NCBI GenBank assembly: GCA_937948815.1
Contig: CALFAM010000052.1
Location: forward strand, 1,061-65,060
DNA from: an uncultured bacterium
GTDB lineage: Bacteria > Acidobacteriota > Thermoanaerobaculia > Multivoradales > J023
Direction of reading: 5' to 3'
Length of the DNA: 64,000 nt
Shown here: positions 35,801 through 45,428 of the stretch, one piece after another
How positions within the stretch are numbered: position 1 is the stretch's first letter
How the letters are laid out: every line of letters starts with the position of its first letter
Notes under the pieces: model-generated
Databases searched by the model: none
The model's input: only the letters and a program-made list of their open reading frames with translations
What the model was told of the DNA's origin: nothing
Position numbers and translations under genes: made by a program

Positions 35801-36038
35801 TACCGCGGTCGGGCTGCCGAGCTCGCTCACCATCTCACCCGCCGGCTCCATCCACGGTCAGCTCGCGACCATCGACATCGCCGGCTCGCCGTATGCCGTC
35901 ACGGTCACGGCGACCGATCCGTTCGGCGAAGAAGGCAACGACACCTTCCAACTATCGGTCTTACCCGACAGTCAGGTCATCTTGGCAGACGGATTCGAGT
36001 CGGGCGATGCCACGGGGTGGTCTTCGGCCGTGCCATGA
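32844..36038 (+). CDS. Secreted 14-blade FG-GAP/VCBS repeat protein with C-terminal cadherin-like (putative Ig) domain
   Basis: 14 DxDxDGDxD loops, each followed by a WW-E/R-N motif. C-terminal NTPPQLVAPIGNQTVREGEPFALDI...LTYTAVGLPSSLTISPAGSIHG resembles dystroglycan-type cadherin-like domains. Confidence 0.8.
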   Translation: MLTCHSTDLRLRSILRFTLPTITALMAVPTIASIVPFGNAVAIDETFADARAIATADFDRDGDLDLLATSRGDNEIAWWENTAGDASAWTRHTIESGITVAELAGAAVGDFDGDAAVDVIAAVDATDTIILWQNQGDGSTWTRRTVGGGFSGPFAVAATDLDHDGDLDVVGTFEDGSRIAWFENVQGDATAWTPFQDLGFSSAGAVTLADLDHDGDLDAFAEGDSFAWWRNNGSGDAWVFVSLGSGVSGPAEAVGTGDLDGDGDRDLVGLTGGADDQVIWWENTDGQGTFALPVSLSAALGDPSSLAVFDLDADGDLDIAFTAETGGDVSWLENTAGDATAWTLRPVASAVAQPDQVRVADLDGDGDDDLLAAARGDGVLSWWPNETLHRSATFPIAHRVLGTGGFNQRPGVETADLDQDGRQDLLVTTFEGVRWWRNDGSPCAPDCTWPEHVITTDRFAVSVADMDADGDLDLLGHSGILPGIVWWENDGLPCGITCSWTLHTVTSDYLGVTDSRAVDLDGDGDMDVLAASKNAGTDSVSWWENDGTPCDPDCDWPEHSVVDEFNDTNSIVAADMDGDGDLDLLGNGRVAAVVAWWENDGSPCDPDCDWPRHVVETFFQLPQMLRAVDMDGDGDNDVLGASFGTDDEVTWWENDGSSCTPDCAWPRRRVDRDFYGAAALATADVDRDGDADIVGVANNADASINDIAWWENDRSACGFLCSWPKHTFDVTYPQAIDLSVADMDGDGDVDVLTSERDGDVAWWENRGGQFALPTADAAGQTTVAAASQDVVLLRIDGQHRGRGGDGDAELASLELRFEAPGGTALSDAEMAALLDALHLYRDDGDGAFEPGRDDGRPFISLVAPFTSSDGVLTWSMIDGDPNVQLTVDANVTWWLAADVALGAAAAPVLGLRVIHRTSASSTGEMAATDLPLVLEYEDDTTSATVVVNTPPQLVAPIGNQTVREGEPFALDIAPSFSDPNPGALTYTAVGLPSSLTISPAGSIHGQLATIDIAGSPYAVTVTATDPFGEEGNDTFQLSVLPDSQVILADGFESGDATGWSSAVP

Positions 36039-36104
36039 CCCAAACCTGCCCGTGCCCGAGGGTCAAGGGCACAGGCAGGCAGAGGGTTGGAAGCGATGTC
36101 GACG

Positions 36105-36473
36105 CTAGGAACAGGTACCAGACATGAACGCCACCGGCGGACTGATCACGTTTCGAATACGGATCAGGCAGGTCACATCATAATAGCCGATGAACAGATA
36201 ACCTACCGACAGGGTGACCGTCGCAGTGGCCGTCGGTGCCGCGTAGGTATGGCTGGCGAGAGGACTCTGCCAGATCGACTCGGTCGGCGAGCCGTCACCG
36301 TAGGTCCAGCGAAAGTTGAGCGGCGTGTCGTCACTACAGCTCGCATCAAAGGTGCACTGGCCCGTAGCAGTATTGCAAGTCCAGTCGAAGCAAGCGGCTT
36401 GCGCCTCCGCCGAGCTCGGCGTCATCAATGCAAAGGTGAAGAGGAAGGTCAGGAGTGCGAGGTGCTTCATCAT
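36105..36473 (-). CDS. Small secreted PKD-like protein
   Basis: ATGATG at 36468-36473 preceded by AAGGAG. Signal peptide MMKHLALLTFLFTFALMTPSSAEA. FRWTYGDGSP...SHTY resembles the PKD WxFGDG...H-x-Y core. Lies in a locally lower-GC stretch. Confidence 0.5.
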   Translation of the reverse strand: MMKHLALLTFLFTFALMTPSSAEAQAACFDWTCNTATGQCTFDASCSDDTPLNFRWTYGDGSPTESIWQSPLASHTYAAPTATATVTLSVGYLFIGYYDVTCLIRIRNVISPPVAFMSGTCS

Positions 36474-36725
36474 GAGGAACTCCTTGGAAGAACAGCTTGG
36501 GTGTCGAACGCAGTCGCTGGTCTCCGAGACGTTCCCGCAGCCCCACACGACCACGCGCCCCAATAACGTTACTATGCTATTCCTATCAATGTTTCGCACT
36601 GCCGGATGCGTTCATGATTTGGACACATGGTCCACGCGCGCGATCGCCCCTTGGGGACTGATGCGAAAAGTATACAAATCTGGCAGCCGTCGCGAAGTAA
36701 CCGCCCAGCCACCCCAGCTTGTCGG

Positions 36726-39700
36726 TCAGGCAGCAGGCTCGAACATGGCCGGCGCGGGGCGTGGCGGGCCGTAGAGCCGACAACAGTCGTGCGTGCCAAG
36801 GAGGGCTGCGACTTTCTCGGGAAGCTCTGGCGTGACCTTGACCTGAAAACCGTTCAAGCCGACGGTCACCACCTCATCCTTCTCGAGGATCTCGAGCTTC
36901 ACAGACGCCGGATTGCCCGGACCCGTCGTCGATTCCCAGAGCAGGTCACGTAGGCGCTGCAGCTTCTGGGACAGCTTGGTCGCATCACCATTCGGCTGGA
37001 TCTGGACGCGGACGGAAGACGTCAGGGTCGCGGCGCGCTCGAGCGGAATGACGCGATTGACCATCAGGTTCGGAACACCGTCGCGTTGCTGCACCTTGGC
37101 GATCAAGAACACCACGCGATCTTCCTCGAACAGATCGCCAAAGCGTTCGAAGACTTCGGAGAAGGCCACGGCTTCGACCGGACCCGTACGATCCTCGAAG
37201 GCCAAGATCGCCATAGTCTTACCTTGCGAGCGGCCGCGCTGAATGACCCGCTTCTTGACGCCGGTAATCAATCCACCGACCACGACCTCGGCTTCGGACG
37301 AGATCTCGCCGAGCTCGTTGACCGCGACGTTGGAGAACCGCTTGACCAGATCGATGTGCTCGTCGAGCGGATGACTGGACACATAGAAGCCGAGGACATC
37401 CTTCTCGTGCTTGAGCTTCTCGGCCGCCGGCCAGTCTGCGATACAAGGCAGAGACGGCGCGGCAACGGGCTCGTCCTCGGTTGCCAGCATGCCAAAAAGG
37501 TTGGATTGACCGGACGCGCGATCCTGCTGCGCCCGATGACCTCCGGTAATGGCCGTGTCCAGAGACTCGAGCAAGGCGGCGCGGCTTTCCGTTCCGTGTA
37601 CACGATCGAACGCGCCACACTTGACCAGCGCCTCCATGGTCGCCCGGTTGACCGCCGAAAGCGAAACGCGCTCACAGAAATCCCACACACTCTCGTATGG
37701 ACCGGACTCGATGCGCTCGGCGATGATCGACTCGACGGCCTTCTCCCCGACACCCTTGACTGCCGAGAGTCCGAAACGGATGTGCCCATGGTTGGCATCT
37801 TGCGGCTCGCCGTCCGCGAAGACCGGCGTGAACCCGACCTCCGAGGTATTGATCTCCGGAGCCCGCACCGCAATGCCACGGTTTCCGTTCGGAAACACGA
37901 CACGCTGGCACTCGTCGATGTACTTGACAACCTTCTCGGTCACCACCGATTCATAGGTCAACACCGACGCCATGTACTGCACCGGGAAGTACGTCTTCAA
38001 GTACGCCGTCTGGTACGCAACGATCGCATATCCCGTCGAGTGGCTCTTGTTGAAACCATAGCCCGCGAACTTGAGAATCAGGTCGAAAAGGGCCACCGCG
38101 TCCTTCTTGCTCACGCCCTTGGATTGAGCGCCTTCGAGGAAGGTCTTGCGCTGCTTGTCGATCTCCTTTTCTTTCTTCTTCGAGATCGCCTTGATCAACG
38201 AGTAGGCCGTGCGTAGGGGAATACCGCCCAATTCGTGGACGATCTGCATGACCTGCTCTTGGTAGATCATGATGCCGTAGGTTTCGGCGGTGAACTTGTC
38301 GACGATCGGGTGGGTGGCCGGCACCTCCGCCTTGCCATGCTTGCGATCGTTGTAGTCGTCGATCAGCGCCATCGGCCCCGGCCGGTAAAGCGCGTTGGCC
38401 GCGATCAGATCCTCCAACCGGTCGGGGGACATCGCGCGCAGCATGCGCCGCATACCGTCCGACTCGAACTGAAACACCGATACGGTCTCGCCCCGTCCAA
38501 AGAGTCCGAGCACGTTCGGATCGTCATAGGTCAAGCGTTCGAGATCGAGTGGATCCCACGATGCAGGCCGCTTGTTCTCCGGATCGACGGTGCGACGGAT
38601 CGTCTCCGTGTCGAGGGTCTTGGAAACCAGTGCACGTGCACCTTCGATGATCGAAAGCGTGCGTAGCCCCAAGAAATCCATCTTGAGCAGGCCCGCACGC
38701 TCGCAGGTCGGGCCATCCCATTGCGTGACCACGGTCTCGCGATCGCCCTGCCGGTTGACCGACAACGGCACGACGTCGGACAGCGGCATGTTGGCCATCA
38801 CGACAGCCGCGGCGTGCACGCCGGCGTGACGGGCAAGGCCCTCGAGGTCGCGCGCCGTGTCGAGCCAGCGACGAATCTCGGCGTCCCCCTCGTAGAGCTT
38901 GCGCATCTCTTCGGTCTGCTCGAGCGCCTCGTCGAGGGTGATACCCAGCTGGTCGGGAATCAGCTTGCAAAGCTTGTCGACTTCCGACAGGGGCCGATTC
39001 ATCACCCGGCCGACATCGCGAATCGCCGCCTTCGCCTTGAGCACGTTGAAGGTGATGATCTGTGCGACCTTGCCGAGGGTCTCGGAGTCGTACTTCTCGC
39101 GCACATAGTCGAGAATGATCCCGCGACCGTCCTGGCAAATATCGATATCGATATCGGGATACTCGGAACGATCCGGATCCGTGAAGCGCTCGAAGAGCAA
39201 GCCGTAGTGCACCGGGCACGCGTTCGACAGGCCGAGGCAGAAGCCGACCATGGTGCCAACGCCCGAGCCACGCGCGTTGGCCGGGATGCCGCGTCGCCGG
39301 GCTTCGTAAACGAAATCCCAGCAGATCAAGAAGTAGGAGCTGATGTCCTTGTCGCGCAGAATCCGCAGCTCACGCTCGAGCCGCTCGCGGATCTCTTGGG
39401 TGACGCCGTCTTCGCCGTAGCGCCAGATCAGGCCGGCCTCGGACAGCTCGCGAAGGGCCTGATCGCACTTCGCTTTGAGCTCTTCCGAAGTCTCTTCGTC
39501 ATTCTCGAAGTCGAAGGGCGAGAGCTCGTATTGGGCACAGAAGGCCTGGAACCACGTCGTTGACCCCTTGGTCGGCCCGCTGTCTCCCGCCAGCTCGAGA
39601 GAATCCTGCCGGATCACCTTGACGACGGGCGCGTGATTCTCACTCAGGTCGAGCTCGAACTTGCAGCGATCGGCGATTCGAACCGTATTGGCCAACGCTT

Positions 39701-40547
39701 CGTCGCCTGCACCATCCAGGTAGCCACCGAAAAGGTCGTACATCTCCTCGGGCGACTTGACGTACAGCTCTTTCGGATAGTGCATCCGGGCTTCGTCTTC
39801 CTTGCGCTTGCCCGTCGAAATACACACCAGAGAGTCATGGCTGTCCCAGTCCTGTGCACGCAGGAAGTGGGCGTCGTTGTCGCACACCAACGGCAGGTCG
39901 AGCTCGCGCGCCAGGCGAACCAGGTGCGGATTGATACGCTCCTGTTCCTCCACGTGACGCTGCAGCTCGATGTAGAAGCACGGCTCGCCATCCTCGTCCG
40001 GCCCGAAGGTCTCCGCATGCCACTTGGCCTCGTCGACCGCGCGCTGCCAGTCTTCGTCGCTGCCGCTCTCGACGTAGTTGGTGAGATGGAACGCGATCGA
40101 CGAGCCAAGATGGCCGTTGATCGCAATCAACCCGCCCGACCACTGGCCGAGGGTCGTCTTGTCCATCCGCGGCTTGTAGTAAAACCCTTCGAGGAACGAG
40201 TCGGAGCTGAGCTTGAGCATGTGCCGCCAGCCCGACTCGTTGCGCGCCAGCAGCACGAGGTGGAAGCCGCCGTCCGCGACACCCGTGTGGGTACGGTCCC
40301 GCCGATCCGAGACGCGACCGCCGACATCCGGTGCGACATAGGCTTCGATACCGAGGATCGGCTTGACGCCCGCGCGCTCGGCACGCGAATAGAAGTCCAC
40401 CGCGCCGAAGAGATTGCCATGGTCGGTCATCGCCACGGCATCCATGCCGAGCTCGCGAACCCGCTCGACCAGGCGATCGACGCGGTTGGCGCCATCGAGC
40501 AAGCTGTACTGGGTGTGCAGGTGAAGATGGACGAAAGGCTGGCTCAT
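36726..40547 (-). CDS. dnaE: DNA polymerase III alpha subunit
   Basis: PHP-domain opening FVHLHLHTQYSLLDGA. Conserved polymerase core (GLLKMDFLGLRTL, PDIDIDI) and OB-fold region. GAGGAG RBS before ATG 40547. 1273 aa. Confidence 0.95.
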   Translation of the reverse strand: MSQPFVHLHLHTQYSLLDGANRVDRLVERVRELGMDAVAMTDHGNLFGAVDFYSRAERAGVKPILGIEAYVAPDVGGRVSDRRDRTHTGVADGGFHLVLLARNESGWRHMLKLSSDSFLEGFYYKPRMDKTTLGQWSGGLIAINGHLGSSIAFHLTNYVESGSDEDWQRAVDEAKWHAETFGPDEDGEPCFYIELQRHVEEQERINPHLVRLARELDLPLVCDNDAHFLRAQDWDSHDSLVCISTGKRKEDEARMHYPKELYVKSPEEMYDLFGGYLDGAGDEALANTVRIADRCKFELDLSENHAPVVKVIRQDSLELAGDSGPTKGSTTWFQAFCAQYELSPFDFENDEETSEELKAKCDQALRELSEAGLIWRYGEDGVTQEIRERLERELRILRDKDISSYFLICWDFVYEARRRGIPANARGSGVGTMVGFCLGLSNACPVHYGLLFERFTDPDRSEYPDIDIDICQDGRGIILDYVREKYDSETLGKVAQIITFNVLKAKAAIRDVGRVMNRPLSEVDKLCKLIPDQLGITLDEALEQTEEMRKLYEGDAEIRRWLDTARDLEGLARHAGVHAAAVVMANMPLSDVVPLSVNRQGDRETVVTQWDGPTCERAGLLKMDFLGLRTLSIIEGARALVSKTLDTETIRRTVDPENKRPASWDPLDLERLTYDDPNVLGLFGRGETVSVFQFESDGMRRMLRAMSPDRLEDLIAANALYRPGPMALIDDYNDRKHGKAEVPATHPIVDKFTAETYGIMIYQEQVMQIVHELGGIPLRTAYSLIKAISKKKEKEIDKQRKTFLEGAQSKGVSKKDAVALFDLILKFAGYGFNKSHSTGYAIVAYQTAYLKTYFPVQYMASVLTYESVVTEKVVKYIDECQRVVFPNGNRGIAVRAPEINTSEVGFTPVFADGEPQDANHGHIRFGLSAVKGVGEKAVESIIAERIESGPYESVWDFCERVSLSAVNRATMEALVKCGAFDRVHGTESRAALLESLDTAITGGHRAQQDRASGQSNLFGMLATEDEPVAAPSLPCIADWPAAEKLKHEKDVLGFYVSSHPLDEHIDLVKRFSNVAVNELGEISSEAEVVVGGLITGVKKRVIQRGRSQGKTMAILAFEDRTGPVEAVAFSEVFERFGDLFEEDRVVFLIAKVQQRDGVPNLMVNRVIPLERAATLTSSVRVQIQPNGDATKLSQKLQRLRDLLWESTTGPGNPASVKLEILEKDEVVTVGLNGFQVKVTPELPEKVAALLGTHDCCRLYGPPRPAPAMFEPAA

Positions 40548-41019
40548 CGCGTCTCCTCGGCAGCGGATCGCGGCCCGACATCGGGACTCGGAATCTGGGC
40601 GCGTCTACCCGACTATTGTACCCTCGCGGACAACGCCATCGGGCTCATCTCGAGCAGTTTCACGTCACTTCGCACAGCAACCTCGAACCGGGTGCACAGC
40701 GGGTTGTGCTCCGTGGATGGCACTCCGCAGAAAGATATCGACAGGAGCCGACCACCCGTGCCTGCCGCCCGTAACGTGTTGTAGGAGCCCGGTGCCGATG
40801 CGCAGTGCGAAAGGGCCGCGAGAGCTCCGGCGCGGGAACGCGTTGCTGGAGGTCCCACCGAGGCTCACCGTCACCTGGGGCACGCGGCTTGCAGAACTCC
40901 TGTCGACGCCGGATCCGGCCTCGCCTTACACGACGGTCCGGCAGACGAGGACGCGGCTACCCGGCGGCACATGAGATGCTGCCGCCACGACAGAACGTAA
41001 CGCTCTAAGGAGCTTTCCG

Positions 41020-42684
41020 ATGATCCGAACACACGTTTCCTGGCGATTGCTCGCCACCCTTCTGCTGCTCGCCACCGTCGCCATCGGGCCGCAATTGTCC
41101 TCTGCACAGGACGGAGAAGCGCCTCGCGTCTTCGGAGAGGTCATCGACGTCCGCGTGGTCAACATCGAGGCCGTGGTCACCGACAGCCAAGGCAACCGCG
41201 TCTTTGGCCTCGGCCCGGACGATTTTCGGCTCTACGTCGACGGCCGAGAGAAGTCGATCGAGTTCTTCACCGAGATCCAAGGTGGCCGTGCCGTCCCGGC
41301 CGAGACCGTAGACGGCGCGCCGCGCAGTCCTTCGATCCTGCCCAGTGTGCGCGCAGGTGAGGCGATCGGCCTCTCCTACCTCGTCTTCATCGACGACTAC
41401 TACACGATCAAGACCGAGCGAAACCAGGTTCTGAAGCGCCTCCGCAATCAGATTCCGACCATCCGCCAGGAAGACCGCATGGCGGTCGTCGCCTTCGACG
41501 GCAAGCAGCTCAGCATGTTGACCTCGTGGACGAACAACCACACCGTGCTCGAGCGGGTCTTCGAAGAGGCCATGGACCGCGAGGCCCAGGGACTCCTGCG
41601 ACGGGTCGAGCGCTTCCCGGGCTTCGGCTTCAATGCCAGCGAGACCAGCGGCGGCGGCGTCATCGAGAATCTGGAGCGCCGCGCACAGTTCGAGCGCGTG
41701 ACCACGGCCGCGGTCTCGACGCTGCGCAGCTTCGCCATGCCGGAAGGGCGCAAGGTGATGATGATGATCACCGGTGAGTGGCCGGCCTCATCGTTCTTCG
41801 ATGTCTTTGGCCAAGGTACCCTCGGTGCCAGTGCCACGGAGCTTCAACTGTCGAGCCCGATCGCTGACACTGCCAATCTCCTCGGCTACACCTTGTACCC
41901 GATCGACACCGCGGGTCTGCGTTCGACGAGCGTCAACGTCGATGCGATCGCGCCGAACATCTTCCAGCCGATCGAGGATCCGCAGACGCCCTTCGAGGTC
42001 GTGCTCTCGCCAGGCTCCTTGGGCGGCAACCTGTCGAGTGAGGTCTTCCGCGCGGCGACCCTTCGCCACATTGCCGAGCAGACCGGCGGTCGGGCGCTGC
42101 TCGCGGCCAACCGCTACGACGCCTTGCCGGCCATCGCCGAGGACACGGGTTCCTTCTACTGGCTGGGCTTCTCGGCCGACCGCCAACACGATGACGCGCA
42201 CCACCGCATCCGCATCGAGCTGGTCGATCCGAAGCTCGAGATCCGCAACCGCCGCGGCTTCCGCGATCTGTCCCGCAACACCGAGCTGGCCATGATGACC
42301 CAGAGCGCGCTGCTGTTCGGCAACCCGCTCGAAGCCACCGTGCTCGGTGTCGAGCTCGGTACGCCGCAAAAGGCTCGCCGCGGCAAGATGGAAGTGCCCA
42401 TGCGGGTCGCCATTCCCGCGGACGAGATCACCCTGCTGCCGAGCGGAGAGGGCTACCTGGCCGAGATCGAGCTGCGGGTGGCCGCCAAGAACGGCGACGG
42501 TGAGCTGTCGCGCATGCCGGTCGTGCCACTGAGCCTGAAACGCCCGAGCGTGCCAGAATCAGGCTCGAAGCTCTTCTACAACACCAGCTTGACCCTGCGG
42601 CGCAAGCCGCACGAGCTGGTGATCTCGGTGCACGACAAGACGAGCGGCAATACCCTGACCAGCATCGCGAAGATCGAGCCGTAG
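41020..42684 (+). CDS. VWFA-related domain protein (Acidobacterial-type)
   Basis: AAGGAG RBS and signal peptide. Characteristic opening VIDVRVVNIEAVVTDSQGNRVFGLGPDDFRLYVDGREKSIEFF followed by a VWA-like region. Confidence 0.75.
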   Translation: MIRTHVSWRLLATLLLLATVAIGPQLSSAQDGEAPRVFGEVIDVRVVNIEAVVTDSQGNRVFGLGPDDFRLYVDGREKSIEFFTEIQGGRAVPAETVDGAPRSPSILPSVRAGEAIGLSYLVFIDDYYTIKTERNQVLKRLRNQIPTIRQEDRMAVVAFDGKQLSMLTSWTNNHTVLERVFEEAMDREAQGLLRRVERFPGFGFNASETSGGGVIENLERRAQFERVTTAAVSTLRSFAMPEGRKVMMMITGEWPASSFFDVFGQGTLGASATELQLSSPIADTANLLGYTLYPIDTAGLRSTSVNVDAIAPNIFQPIEDPQTPFEVVLSPGSLGGNLSSEVFRAATLRHIAEQTGGRALLAANRYDALPAIAEDTGSFYWLGFSADRQHDDAHHRIRIELVDPKLEIRNRRGFRDLSRNTELAMMTQSALLFGNPLEATVLGVELGTPQKARRGKMEVPMRVAIPADEITLLPSGEGYLAEIELRVAAKNGDGELSRMPVVPLSLKRPSVPESGSKLFYNTSLTLRRKPHELVISVHDKTSGNTLTSIAKIEP

Positions 42685-42764
42685 TCGCCGCGGCTCGCTT
42701 GGCTGGGCTCAGCCGGCCCGATCGGCAAGCAGCCCACTCGACAAGCGGTCCGCAGACAGCTGGT

Positions 42765-44075
42765 TCAATAGACGACGGCGAGAAGCGCCGCGGCCGCCAC
42801 AGCCGTGGCGCTCGCGATGCCGAGCGAGGCGGCAGGCAGCCAGCGCGCGAGCCGGGGATCGATACGCGGCCAGAGCCATGCCAGCCCCGACGTTGCCAAC
42901 CCCGCCAGCGCGGCACTCGCCGGCAGCAGCAAACGCCCCTGAGGCTGCCAGTCGACCCGCGCCATGAAGAACACCAACATGGCCAGGGCAGCCGTGACGA
43001 CGAGCACCAGAAGCCTGGTGCAACGAGACGTCGACCCAGGCCGACAGGCACCGATCAAGCCAATCAGGACGAGCAACGAGGGCATGATGAAAACCCCGTA
43101 GATCGGCCAAGGGAAGGTGACGTTGAACCACCCGAGCTTGGCCCAGAAGCTGGCCCAGACCGACACCACCCACCAAGGCTCTCCCACGACCAAAAGCCAC
43201 CCGCCCCCGCCCAAGTGAGCGGGCGGCGAGGGCACGATGGTGCCGGTCCGGTTCCACTCCAGCACCAGCCACGCAGCGGCCAGGAGGCTGCCCGGCAGGA
43301 GCAGCAGTGTCGCTGCGCGACCGTGGCGGCCGCGCAAGAGCCAGAGCCCGACGAGCCCGATCGCCGGGGCCACGAGCACGGCTGACGCCTTGGCCCATAG
43401 CGAGAGGCCCGCGAAGACCGAGGCCGCGAAGGCCGCCCGCAAGGAGGCGCTTCTCGCCACTTGGACCAGCATGGCAGTCGTTGCGGCGATCAGGCCGGCA
43501 ACGGCCGCGTCATTGCCAAACGTGGCGCCGGCAAATAGGAGCTGTGGCGCGAGGGCGAACGGCGCACCAGCCGTCACGGCAATGGCAGCCGAATCGCCAA
43601 TCTGCCGGCACGTGAACAGGATTGCCCAAACACCGAGGCCCAGCCAGAGCAGGTTGGTGGCCCGCGCGAGACGGATCGACCGACCACCATCGGGCAGATC
43701 GTTGTTCGTGAGAAGGGCTCGCTGGTTGCGCTCGAAGGCGAAGGACGGATCGAGCCGAAGTCGATGCTCGACCGCTTTCGTGCCGATCAGTGTCAGCGCG
43801 AGTGCCGCCGTGCCATAGGCCAGGGGTGGGTGGTAGGCCTCGTAGGAAGGCTGAAGGCGGGGGTCCTCCGGCTGCGGCACCGCGCGGTGCCGCAGCACGA
43901 AGTCGAGATAGGCGAGATGCGCGGGTTCGTCAGGCGCTTCTCCCGGTGGGATCAGGATGAAGAAACTTGCGGCGACCAGAAAGGCGAAAGCGATGATTCT
44001 CGCGACGGGCATGGTCCGCAACGCGCCCGCGGGCCTGCGCCCGAGCCCATCTGGACTCATCGCCGCATCACACAA
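42765..44075 (-). CDS. Polytopic membrane protein, GT39/DUF2142-like putative glycosyltransferase
   Basis: More than 10 hydrophobic helices. First-loop motif PPGEAPDEPAHLAY resembles the catalytic loop of ArnT/PMT-like enzymes. Start uncertain (44075, 44060 or 44012). Confidence 0.45.
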   Translation of the reverse strand: MCDAAMSPDGLGRRPAGALRTMPVARIIAFAFLVAASFFILIPPGEAPDEPAHLAYLDFVLRHRAVPQPEDPRLQPSYEAYHPPLAYGTAALALTLIGTKAVEHRLRLDPSFAFERNQRALLTNNDLPDGGRSIRLARATNLLWLGLGVWAILFTCRQIGDSAAIAVTAGAPFALAPQLLFAGATFGNDAAVAGLIAATTAMLVQVARSASLRAAFAASVFAGLSLWAKASAVLVAPAIGLVGLWLLRGRHGRAATLLLLPGSLLAAAWLVLEWNRTGTIVPSPPAHLGGGGWLLVVGEPWWVVSVWASFWAKLGWFNVTFPWPIYGVFIMPSLLVLIGLIGACRPGSTSRCTRLLVLVVTAALAMLVFFMARVDWQPQGRLLLPASAALAGLATSGLAWLWPRIDPRLARWLPAASLGIASATAVAAAALLAVVY

Positions 44076-44148
44076 TGCAGTCTGGAGCCATGCTGCTCGC
44101 CGAGGTGTCGTGCACTGTCGTGCCTCGTCACCGGACGACGACGCGTCG

Positions 44149-44643
44149 TCAGCTCAGCTCGATGGCCGCGATCTCACGGGCCTGCTCGTCCCGGAAGTCT
44201 TCCAGGGCCTGTGTCAGCTCAGGATCCGAGATCGAGAAGATCCGGACAGCCAGCAAGGCCGCATTGACCGCACCAGCCTTGCCGATCGCCAACGTTCCGA
44301 CCGGCACCCCACGCGGCATCTGCACCGTCGACAGCAGTGCGTCCATGCCGTCGAGCGCCCATGCGACCAGAGGCACGCCCAGCACCGGCAACGTGGTGTG
44401 GCCAGCGACCACCCCGGCAAGGTGCGCAGCGCCACCGGCCCCGGCAATGATCGCACCGACACCGCGATCCGCCGCCGTGCTGGCGAATTCGATCGCCAGG
44501 GCGGGCGTGCGATGCGCCGAGAGGACCCGGCTTTCGTGACCGACACCGAACCGGTCGAGCGTCTTGCCGACGTGTTGCATGACGTCCCAGTCGGACTTGC
44601 TCCCCATCATGATGGCCACCGTGGGCCGCTTCTCACCAGACAT
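44149..44643 (-). CDS. purE: N5-carboxyaminoimidazole ribonucleotide mutase
   Basis: VAIMMGSKSDWDVM...SAHRTP...AGGAAHLAGV motifs. ATG 44643 preceded by AAGGAG. The track ORF extends 16 codons further without support. Confidence 0.9.
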   Translation of the reverse strand: MSGEKRPTVAIMMGSKSDWDVMQHVGKTLDRFGVGHESRVLSAHRTPALAIEFASTAADRGVGAIIAGAGGAAHLAGVVAGHTTLPVLGVPLVAWALDGMDALLSTVQMPRGVPVGTLAIGKAGAVNAALLAVRIFSISDPELTQALEDFRDEQAREIAAIELS

Positions 44644-44801
44644 ACGAAGCTCCTTGGAGGGATGCCGAGCCGCGTCCGCGCGGACCCGCAAACGGGCGAG
44701 AAGTTACCACGCCTCGGCGAGAAGGCGGGCACAGAAGACGGTTCCTGAAGATCAGCGCCGAGAGAACGGGCACCGAGGGCGGGCACGACGTGCCCGCGCG
44801 A

Positions 44802-45428
44802 TCAGTCTCGGTAGGGTGAGCCGGCCTGGGCTTCGCCAGTCATCCGCCCGAGGCGAACGGGAATCACCTTGCGAGCGGTCCGCCCTTCCGCGGTCTTGAC
44901 GAACACCAGAAGATCCTGGAGCGGGCCACTGCCCACGGCTGCCACCAGCCGGCCACCGACCTTGAGCTGGTCGAACAGGGGCTCGGGGATCTCACCTGGC
45001 GCTGTGGTCAGGAGGATCGAGTCGTACGGGGCAAAGTCGGGCAGCCCGCGGTAGCCGTCACCCACATGCACGCTCACGTTGTTGTAGCCGAGGCTGCGCA
45101 GGTGGCGTTTCGCTTTCCGTCCGAGCTCCGGATCGATCTCGACGGTGTAGACCTCGCGCGCAACGTGGGCGAGCAGCGCCGCATCGTAGCCAGAGCCCGT
45201 GCCGATCTCGAGCACGCGCTCGCTGCCGTCGAGCTCCAGCAGCTCGATCATGCGCGCGGACAAGAAGGCATGGGAGAGCTGCTGGCCCGGTGCAAACGGC
45301 AGCTGCTTGCCGTCGTAGACCCGTGGTCGCATCGACTCGGGCACGAAGAGATGGCGAGGGACCTGGCGCATCGCGTCCAAGACCCGCGGTGACTCCACCC
45401 CGCGCTTGCGGACCTCGCGTTCGACCAT
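44802..45428 (-). CDS. pcm: Protein-L-isoaspartate O-methyltransferase
   Basis: SAM motif VLEIGTGSGYDAALLA and VPRHLFVP, with overall colinearity with E. coli Pcm. First ATG is at 45428, but the frame upstream encodes a signal-like segment (see finding). Confidence 0.8.
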   Translation of the reverse strand: MVEREVRKRGVESPRVLDAMRQVPRHLFVPESMRPRVYDGKQLPFAPGQQLSHAFLSARMIELLELDGSERVLEIGTGSGYDAALLAHVAREVYTVEIDPELGRKAKRHLRSLGYNNVSVHVGDGYRGLPDFAPYDSILLTTAPGEIPEPLFDQLKVGGRLVAAVGSGPLQDLLVFVKTAEGRTARKVIPVRLGRMTGEAQAGSPYRD

